A DNA stretch of 64,000 bases from Antedon mediterranea (taxonomy: Eukaryota; Animalia; Echinodermata): positions 16,413,432 through 16,477,431 of the forward strand of contig NC_092679.1 in the NCBI RefSeq assembly GCF_964355755.1, read 5' to 3'. The position numbers and the translations under genes are program-made. This document shows positions 53,833-64,000 of the stretch, one piece after another; the stretch's first letter is position 1, and each line of letters opens with the position of its first letter. Under the pieces are notes generated by a model that was not told where the DNA came from, made no database searches, and was given only the letters and a program-made list of their open reading frames with translations.

Positions 53833-56800
53833 ATGATCATTTTTAGAGACACGATGGCATTTTCAATGGTACCGGTACTCGTCTTATGTTTGTTGCCATT
53901 TTCAATGGGTAAGTACAAGGTGGCAGAAAAAGACTTTGTTTTAAGCCAATGATTTTCCTTAAGCTCTGTCTAAACTATCAAACTTTATGTTACAACAAAA
54001 TGTGATGATCCCATATTCGGTCATATCCCTACCATATTTTATCATATCACTACCATTTTTGGGCACACCACACTTTTTTGTCAAACTAGTTTAATAGTGT
54101 AGACACAGAGCTTAAAGTATTTTTTTTAAATAACTTAAGCAAATATGTTTACATTATGTTTTCTTAAATCTTAGATAGAGACATCCTTTCCATAAGATAA
54201 AAGGAGCTGGTTTGATAAATAAAGCCTATGAGTTTTTCACTTAATTAATGTCTTCTTAACTATATTGGCTTCTATAGGCAAAACGATTCATAAATGCTCG
54301 CCATATTGTGTTATACAAAACCATGTTATACATCTACACCAAGCTGTATAGTATATAACAAATACGGTAACAATATGCTTTTAACAAATACATTTTTTAC
54401 GACGGGTATAACTACAAGACCTCACATATCGAGAGTGATGTGACACACTTTGTAATTGTTTTTTTTTAGCTTTTCATTTATCTGTTTTTGTATATCTCAG
54501 AGCAAACATAATTTCTATGTATAAATATATGCAAATGACAATAAATGGAAGTAATTTTTCCACTGATGAATGAATGAATGAACAAAACTCAAATAATTAT
54601 AGAAATTACCTATCATTTATCACGGTATGCTATTGTGATGATGATGTACGAAGTTGGTGATGAGAATGACGACTTATTACGATCTGCGCAGCGTGTTTGC
54701 TGCTGGGAACTTTTGAAGATGATTCAGCTAATATGTGTTTTGTTTCAAACCTGTAAAACAAAGCAAATCTGGTTTATTTATAATCAATTATTTGGTGAAA
54801 TAATAACAAAAGATTCATCTCTAATGCATTCTCAAAACACTCGTCTTTCTTCAACCTGCTGAAATATACCATTTTACTTCCACATAGCATCGACATTACA
54901 TATGCGTTTGACGGGACCGCAACCACACGAAGGACGAGTTGAAATTTGGACAACCATTGGCCGTAACAGCGAATGGACGACAATTTGTGGCAACGGATGG
55001 GATATGCGAGATGCTAACGTTACATGTAGAGAGCTTGGGTACATGGAGGCCGAAGAAGCCTTCGCCAACAGCGATATGTTTGGTGAAGGAACTGGAGTGA
55101 TCTTTCTTAACGATGTCGATTGTCAAGGTACAGAATCGTCACTGGCTTACTGCCGGAATACGAATTGGGTCGAGCAGAACTGTACGCACCGTCGGGATGC
55201 AGGCGTCAGGTGCCGGCCTTTAGAAGGTAACGAAGTCTATTCTTTTGAAGAACATAAAATAATAAGCCGGTTGGTGCGTGTAGCTTGGTGATAGAAATTT
55301 AATTATAAGGATGAAAGAGTTTTTGTCACTGGTGGTGGTGGTATCTGGTGATGGTTTGTGGTAGCGAGTCTCACACGATTGCGTAACCATTGGAAGGACG
55401 ACGGTATCATTTTTTGTTTTCCTTTCTGTATTGCCTTGCTTCTGGTACGCATGAAATACTATAAGATGACGGATTCATGAGGGGTAGGGTAGGCGAATGG
55501 GGGGGGGGGGGGGGGGGGGGGCTTATTCTGTAAAAAGAAAATGGGAACACCCTCCTTCTGTCGCGTGTTGTTTAGCGATGGTCGCCATCCCTGGAAAAAT
55601 CCTGGAACCCCCTCTGTTTGTTGTTTCTGCCGACCATTAACAACCTCTTATAGTCTGTTCTTATTCTACCACTTTTCGCAATAGAGTCAATCCGATTAGT
55701 TGGAGGAAGCAACAGCTTAGAAGGAAGACTTGAGATAAATTATCAAGGTGTATGGGGAACAGTGTGCGATGACAGATGGTCAAACAGTAACTCGGACGTC
55801 GCTTGTCGACAATTGGGATACTCGTGGAGTACAGGTTTTTTTAGTGACGCACACTTTGGTGAAGGAACCGGCACAATTTTCCTGGACGATGTCTCGTGTT
55901 TTGGTGACGAAGATACTTTAGTAGAATGTAAAAATTTACTAGGCCCTAGGGGTAATTGTCTGCATGAAGAGGACGTTAGTATCGTATGCCATCAAGAATC
56001 AACAAGTATGTAAATCGACGTTTATGTCTTAAAATATTCTGGCAGATAAATGCGACACTAGTATCACAGAATTTGCCTATGATATTCCACAAAGTAGGCC
56101 CCAATAGATACAGGACCGAGTATCGACTAGCCCGAAATGTAGAGAGAGAAATATCCACTTAATTCAACATACGAAAGAACATCATTGCGTACGCTGACCT
56201 CTGCGACATAGCGCACTTATAACAATACACTTAAAATGTTAACGCTGCGTCAATGCGTTATAAGATCAAGGCAATCTAACAACAGGGTACTGAGCTCCGG
56301 ATATCAAAGGGTTTATCTGTGGCTGCTACACCATCAGTTCCACGCCCCTTAAACAGACACCACGCCGCTAGAATAATATACATAATGGTACAGTAATGTT
56401 TTTTATTTGTCGCAGCCAGACATGAGATCAAAGGACTGTTACAAGTTCCTGTCTTGTAAAGGGGAGCTCAGTGTCCTGTTGTTAGATATTGCCTGGTTAG
56501 ATTATTACTTAGTAATTCAACAACTTAAACATAGATTGTGAATGTGCTAAAATGCAAATAATGCGTGCGACGCAAAATGGCGTTAAAATAAAATTGATGA
56601 CGATTAACGAACGAAAAGGGACAGACAGACTATGTTTTTGTGTGTTTCGTGTGTGAACGTGTCATTTCATTCAAGGGAAAAAAAACCATTGTTCATATGG
56701 CAAACTTATCGCAGTTTCCATTATATTTAAATGCATTATTGTTATATTAATATGGTGAATGAACTTGAATGTGTCACAACCCTTTTTTGAATTTGCAAAG

Positions 56801-59800
56801 CCTATTAATATTATCTATATCTATTTGTTTTGCAGCCGCTCAGACAACAAATGCAGTTGTAACAGATGCTTACGAAGGTAAGACTATGATACATAATAAT
56901 TATATAACGTTTAGTTTACTAATTTAAAAATGTAATAATTTTTTTACGACGGCTTTATGACAATTACAATTGGTAAAGCGGTATTAAGCGGTAAACAGAA
57001 AACAAAACTATATACACAAAACGCGGAATCCGCTGAGGTTAGATGCACTTTGTACTACGTCACGTGGGACACAAGCTACGTGGTTTACCGCTTACACGTT
57101 ATCGCTCGTCTGTGTAAATTATGATCTATTTTTATCAATATTATTCATTTACATAAAAACCTAGATCCGTCCGCGATATTTCTTTTCGCATCCCGGAAGG
57201 TGATTATTTTTTCTACCGCAATAGATACATCATTAGGACAATTAGAAACCGTGCGTTAATACACTTTACCATCTTTATTTTTTCAGAAACGACTCAACAG
57301 CAAGAAGAAAATATTCAAACAGGTACAGTATAATATAAAACATACTTTTCACTGAAAATACATTTTAAATTAGGAGTTTCCAATGAGCTAAAAACATTGT
57401 TTTTATTATGTCGGTCTTGCTTTGACGCGAAGCAGAAAGGTTTACGATTGTTACGTAATATATACCATATTAAAACATACATAATTTCATCTAAAAAGCT
57501 AAAGCTTGGTTCCTACTCAACGCAATGACGTAAGCCGCAATGAAAGCGAATCGACTAATCAAAAGCGAGGGATTATTGTGAACTATCGCTTTTGATTGGT
57601 CAATTCGCTTACGTTACGGCTTACGTCCTTAAATTGCGTTCAAGTGGGAACCAAGCTTTACAGAGGATAACTGTTGGGATAGTTAAGTTTAGTAGTTTAG
57701 TGACAATTAGTAATATTTAATTACAGATGTCCAATGCGGTGATTCATTTATGACTATATTGGTTGGCGATAGCTCCCTGATCGATCAAACTCACTTTCCA
57801 CCACATCTACTGGATCCAAGTTGCACTGTGACGAGTCAGGTGGACATCGATGGTGTTTCTTGGCTTGCTTTTATGACAAGATACGATCAGTGCGGTACAA
57901 CGGTTGAGGTAAGGTAGCTTCTAACCCCCCCCCCCCTCCTCCCCTCAATAATTTTCTTCTCAAATAGGTCTCACACTTCCCGATATCAATTTTCAAATTC
58001 AACAAATAAATGTATCCCATGAATTTTATTGTGTTAGACAGCGCACAGAGACTATTTGTATTTTGCGCTATACAAATTTAAAACCATTTACCAATATTGT
58101 TATCAGTCCAAAATTGGTTATGAATGAATTATTGGTACTGTATTGTATACCGGTATAGTATAATAAGCAAACTCTGTGATACACTGTCAAATATGTACAC
58201 ATTACGTTTGTACCATAGGCCACATAATTGAGATTGAGAGAATCGGATGTAGCCTCATATTCAATACGTTCATGGTTGAACTATGACAACCGTACGTGGA
58301 GGACATGGAAGACGGTGCACTGCATCCTAATAACGGCAAATAATGAGAAAATTGCTGATTATAATTTTACCGATTCTTTTTAAAGTTTTCAGACGATTTT
58401 GTCGAATACTCAAATTCGGTATTTTTGAAACAAGCCAGTTTGGATAAAGTGATTTCAAGAGAACACCAATTTGAATTTCCCGCCAAGTGCAAACTTCAGA
58501 ACACCGGCAAATCGTCCGTTATATTCGACCCACAAGAGGTGTCCGTACTTGGTGAAGAAACAGACGGCAAAGGAAACTTTACGTTTACTTTAGATATATA
58601 CCAACGTGCAAACTTCACCAATCCATATGCTGACAGTGATTATCCAGTAGTTGTTGATCTTGGTCAGACGGTGTACTTTGGTGCGCATGTGCTGTCGTAT
58701 ACAAAAGACGTAAAATTGTATATTGACTCATGTGTTGCAACAGCAAGTTCTGATGAATCTGCGGCGTTGAGATATGATCTGATACAAAACAGGTATCTTG
58801 GTTTAGACTTAAAAAATAATGTTATCTAAACAATCTTCTTCTTTATAAATACCGTACATGCGTATACACACCACGTGGAGAAAATAGTAGGCCCAACCGT
58901 GCATAATCTCCAGGCGTGTGGTTCCCACTAGGACGCAACGCCAGGACGTAACGCAACGCAAGGTTATTTGACAGATCGCAAGAGATGGGTTATTCGAACA
59001 GTTACATATGATTGGTCAGCTCGCTTGCGTTGAGTCTACGCCTTTGCGTTGCGTCGCTGTGGGAACCATTGATGGCAATTCCTTGACGAACAGTTACGAA
59101 AACAACTTCTGCTTTAAATTAAGTATATGGTGATTTTTATATTTACCAACAAATCCAGGATTTTACAGTGACATAATCAATATGAAATCGTAAATAAAGA
59201 TACATAATAATGTCACCCAATTCTGTAGCTGTCATTAGTTACATCTTAACTGACTATTGCAAGTCATTGAGATATAAGCCTAGGTGCGGAATCCGGTACA
59301 AGGGAACTGGAAAACAATAGGCCTAACATTTAATCGGGGAGAAAAATGCGTCTAAACATTTTCTATAATTATCGTAAATTTACTAAATGTGTTTATTTTG
59401 TTTAAAGCTGCCCGTCTGATGCCACTACGTCGTTCGCAGACTCTCAGAGCACTGGACAAAATGTCTACTTTTTGTTCGACGCTTTCAGATTTGTTGAAGA
59501 CCAATACTTGGTAAAGTCATCCCATTAAACTGTTTATTAAAATAGGTACATATAAAGCAACGCAATAGCGTCGCCGTAGATGCAACCGAGTTGACCAATG
59601 ACGAGCGACCGTTCGGATAATTCATCGCTTGTGATTGGTCAACCCCTTACATTGAGTTGCGTCCTTATGTTCTGTATCTATTGGGAGAACAAAGTATAAC
59701 AAAGCATATGCGATGTCATTATGGTATGTTACAATAGAACTTTATCAAACGATTATTTCAACGGGTCGTAGCTGAAGGAATAACCGAAATCATATTTTTC

Positions 59801-60887
59801 TATATAAGGTTTACGTACACTGTGCGATGTCCGTATGCAACGGCAGCGACCCGACATGCAGCAGATCGTGTGAACAGCGTAATAAACGATCTCCAATGAC
59901 GTCATTGAAGACGAAAAAAGTAATAAAAGGACCATTGTTTTTACGCCAACCACCAGTAGAGGCCAACAGTGTGGGTAAGTAGGCCTGACGTTCGCAAGGA
60001 TGGTACCAAGGTTTTCATATGAGAGGCCGAAATCTTTATGTTTTTATATACGTGTAAAAGAGATGAACATACACCATTATTATTATTCTTTATTGACAAC
60101 TGGGGATAACAGTGTCCAACATGGCATACAAATAGTATGGTAGCCTACAAGCATGAACATAGCAATACCAAACTTCGATAATATTTTCACTAACTTTAAG
60201 AACTTCAAAAACAAATTTTGACAGGACAGTAATAAAGGTTCAATAGAAAATAAAAACAGGCTACGGCAATGTGTATATTAATAGTTTGGCGTATAAGTAG
60301 GCCTGGCATTGGTACCAAGGTTTTCATATGAGAGGCCGAAAGCTTTATGTTTTCATCTGCGTGTAAAAGAGGTGAACATACACCATACGTGTTAAAGCAA
60401 GCTACGCTTGTTGGCCGATGTATTTCATATAGAAAAATATTATGCCTGGTAGCAATATGATATCGGTACATAACACAATAAAGTGATAATGAAACGATGA
60501 TGAGTATATCTGCGCGAGTGAAAAAAGCTGCTAGGCCTATATTGTGCGCTAATATCCTTTGCCATTCTTACAAGCGGATTTGGACAAAAATGGCACTTTA
60601 GTTTGTTCTTCCTCTCCTGATGATTCTTTTTCGGTACCGGTATCGTAACCTTTAAAAAAGAATGAAAAACTTTCTTTCAATTCATCAATTCCTTTTCTTT
60701 TTTAGAATACCAAGCGGACGCTCCAAGCTCCAAGAATGGTTTCACCACCCTGCCCGTCACTTCAATGCTCATCGCCATGAACATGCTCTTAATCGTCGGG
60801 GTCGCTGTTTACCTTAGATACAAGTCTTCTAAGAAAAACTCTTCTTCGCATCAATATCACCCTCTGTTTCAAGATGTCGAGGAGTAA
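53833..60887 (+). CDS. Type I membrane protein: signal peptide, 2 SRCR, Thr-rich linker, ZP module, furin site, TM, short tail (DMBT1-like, no CUB), ~617 aa. Exons 53833-53908, 54888-55226, 55685-56005, 56836-56877, 57287-57322, 57727-57908, 58386-58792, 59408-59510, 59809-59974, 60706-60887
   Basis: SRCR motifs EGRVEI..WTTICGNGW..CRELGY..IFLNDVDCQG.E..L..C..C.H..DAG..C; ZP-N (VQC...LLDPSC...YDQCGT); ZP-C (LYIDSCVAT, YDLIQNSCP, FDAFRFV, VYVHC..VC); RNKR; hydrophobic TM. All phases are compatible. Confidence 0.88.
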
Positions 60888-61800
60888 TTTAACAAAGAAT
60901 ATCGATACATAATTTTCATTTTTGGAAATTATAGGCCTATAGGTCTATATAAAAATAATTATATACAAATTATGTAATTGGTTTAGCCTTAGCCTACATT
61001 AATTGATAATAGTACAGAACTGTAAATGTATTAGTTATAATATAATATTAATAGTGAACCGTAAACCGCCGACGTCAACAACGTACGAGTTACGAAAGAG
61101 CTGTGAAAGTACATTATAACAAAGTTATTTCTGATTTTAATAAATGATTTAATAAAGTGTTTAAATTTACACTGAGCTCCTAATACTTTCATTGAGTGTT
61201 GTGATTTATTTAGTACTTAAAACGATGTTTAAAAACCAATAAAAAATGCTTAATACGGCACAATAGGCATTCGGTCACTTGCGGTATTATTGAACAGGGT
61301 AACACTCAAGAATTCGACGGTGGTTCGACTTTATCAAGAAACTTATTATAAAAGAATTTTTTTTTTATCCAGATGAAATCGGGGGCACACAAGAAATATT
61401 ATTCGATAAGCAAAATTGTTTTTCGTCTGGTTTTGACCTTATTTCCAGTTGCAACTCACATTAGTATATTGTACTTTTCTTGACCGTATATTAAATAACG
61501 ATTCATAAACGAATTTGAATTCTATTTAATCATTTTCAAGAAGAATCATCTTCATTCTTATGAATGAAAAGATCGCCCTCTGGCGTCAGTATTTACAATA
61601 ATTCTCCCACGTCAACAAAAACACTATTGTTATTGGCTAATGGTAGATTACTTATTCATGAAGCTTGAAAGAACCCGACAGTGACCGACACAACTTATCC
61701 ATTGATTAGTTGCTGCGCAACTTAACACAGAGAATTAGCCAGTGGAGTAACTAACGAAATCGAAGGTTTGGTAAAAATACAAAACCGCAATTAACGTTAA

Positions 61801-61983
61801 ATGGCTGCTATAAACGATTCAAGGGTGTCTTTTGACGGTAATGGAGGACCGGTAATTACAGACGATAAGAACAAGAAGAGAAATTATAATGTAACTTGTA
61901 AATATAACAGGAAACTCATGCGGTTACGGTTGGAAATTGAAGAATGGATGGATGGGAAACTACGGGTGATCTTTGATTGTGAG
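61801..61983 (+). CDS. PPP1R14: First coding exon of a PPP1R14 (CPI-17/PHI-1) family protein phosphatase 1 inhibitor; continues beyond the window
   Basis: RVSF (RVxF) motif; VTCKYNRKLMRLRLEIEEW matches family VTVKYDR+ELQ+RL.+E.W including the phospho-Thr; ends FDCE|GTAAGT. Confidence 0.85.
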
Positions 61984-64000
61984 GTAAGTAGTTACCAAAG
62001 GCGATTGAGGGCCCTGGCCCCTGGATGATGCTGAATGTTTTTATTATATAAATAGTACCCACAAATATTTAAGGGTCTGGTGGGGTGTGGAGTAGTTGCT
62101 TAAAAGATCAAATGACTAGTAGATTTGAGAGAAGAACTATTACTATAGGTTGACTAGAAAAAAAAACAAGAAATGGTCCAAATGTGATGATACTTAATAA
62201 ACTGGATATTCATTTACAAAATTATTAAATATACTATATTTGCAAACAAATATTTTGTATTGAAAAGACACCAAAATGATTATAAAATGCTTTAAATATC
62301 ATTTAAATGTTTAAATAACATTTTAAAATAATAATGATGTAGAATAGGGGACCACATAGAGGTTGGCTGTAGTGTATTGTTAAGACATAATATTTCCCCT
62401 TGTTTCACAAAGTGTCCCCTTTTTTAAGGATGTCCCTAAAGGTGGTGTTTGACTAATAGTATAGTTATATATTTAATAATACTGTATATTAAATATAATA
62501 TAATAATATAAAAATTAGATTAGAATAAAATTACATCCAAATTATTAACCAATATAAACTCTACAAATTCTTTATAATTTGTAAATCCAAACACTGCATT
62601 TGCCAATAGAAATGTCTTAGAATGCAGTTTCTGACGTATCGTCAGAAAATGTGATGAATGAATAAATTCACGTTTCATGACATTTCAAATACTTTCGTCG
62701 TATAATTTGCTTTCATCGTATCAATGATACGACTAACAGTTTTTAAGTGATGGCTTTCTGTCAGTATGCGTTATATTTACCTGTGATATAGTAGTACGAC
62801 ATAAAAACGTACATGTATTTTTATGTAAGCAGAACTGTATATGTGACCTGCTTAATTATAACAAATTATTGATCATTTCTGTACTTAAAATGACTATTAA
62901 TATGAGCTTGTACTGTATGTATTTTTAAGTGCAAGTCAGGGCTAAAAAACAAGTATAATTTTCTACTGTTTTATATGACATTTAGTTTTAAACGTGTGTT
63001 AAAAGGTCCAATTATTTAAATATCAACATGCACAGGGTTCATAATAAAAAAATGCAAATAAAGTTCTGCTTCCCAAACCTTTCAGTGTTCATTATACATA
63101 CACTATTACACCAGAACATCCCTGTTCTTTGCAAATCAAAAGCTCCTTATGATAATATTAGATGAGGATTAAAAAAATCCATATAGATTCACAACAAAAA
63201 ACTGCTCAGCTCAGTTTGATGAGTTTTTACAAGATATGCTTACCAATTATTTTGGTTTTATTATACCAGAGGATATACGGTAGTGTAAAAGGAATAAACA
63301 TTGTAAGTCTGAAAAAAAAAATAGATTAGTTAGAACATTACCACAAGATGTTCAGGAAACACTTTGTTCAAAAACACATTCCTTGACCTTAAAGCTGTTA
63401 AAGTCAATGTTATAAATAATTAGATTTTATATGGAGGTTCTGAAATTGAACAATTATTCTATAGAAAATGTGTTTCTTTGTCCAACACGCACAGTTCATA
63501 CTCATTATAAATTTTGGAATAATGTATCTTTAAATTGGTTTTAAATTACATGATGCATATAATATAGTATGTTCTAAAATACTTAGCAATCCGGCTTAAA
63601 GAAAAAAATCAGTAAAACAGAGAAAGATATTTTGGAAAAATCATAATACCAATTCTTTCCCATATATGACCTCGTAATAGTGGAGGAGTTTGAATTTGGG
63701 GAAAATTAGGGGGAAAATTAGGGGGAAATTACCTTAATAACTCAAATTAGGCCTACATACATTAGTCAGTGGGATTTGAGCCATATTTGCATATTTATAT
63801 GTTTAATTATTGATTGTTTGCAATTGAGAATGTGCCGAAGTTTAATAGTTTATAATTTAAGCATTTTAAGCAATAATGTCCAAATTAAAATCATAAAAAA
63901 ATGAGTTTTTCTAAATTAATATTATTACAGCCACAATATATTTTACACATACGTGTACACAGTACAGAAAGCGCAACAACGAACGGCAGAACATTTTTTT

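Noticed and set aside
55498-55521. Poly-G runs (also 13566-13595) as regulatory G-quadruplexes
   Set aside because: They lie within hAT-like MITE sequence, and homopolymer length is unreliable in assemblies.
57165-57199. Possible third micro-exon in the SRCR-ZP gene
   Set aside because: 35 nt would shift the frame, and the acceptor has no pyrimidine tract.
59975-60390. Duplicated ~100-bp block as an alternative donor
   Set aside because: The second copy reads ATAAGT instead of GTAAGT, so it is not a usable donor; it is a simple local duplication.

Overview
AT-rich, intron-containing animal genomic DNA. Deu/Nin-type SINE cores and the gene content suggest an invertebrate deuterostome such as an echinoderm (inference). 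I assembled the spliced genes by hand from GT-AG boundaries and reading-frame phase. In order: a partial unidentified gene (-), EGLN1/PHD2 (+), TAF1A (-, 5' end unresolved), MCFD2 (+), a PROP-family paired-like homeobox gene (+), an intronless TMED7/TMED3-like p24 (-), EXOC5 (-, 17 exons), a signal peptide-SRCR-SRCR-ZP-TM gene (+), and the first exon of a PPP1R14/CPI-17-like gene (+). The most notable observation is that MCFD2 has two tandem, diverged, intact terminal exons of identical coding length and splice phase. Each encodes a full EF-hand pair, which suggests one gene making two cargo-receptor subunits by alternative last-exon choice. Introns and spacers are dense with non-autonomous transposons (Harbinger-like, hAT-like, TTAA-type, foldback), SINEs, a tRNA-cloverleaf-carrying repeat and minisatellites, several of them nested. 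Homology calls come from recalled protein families, not database searches.
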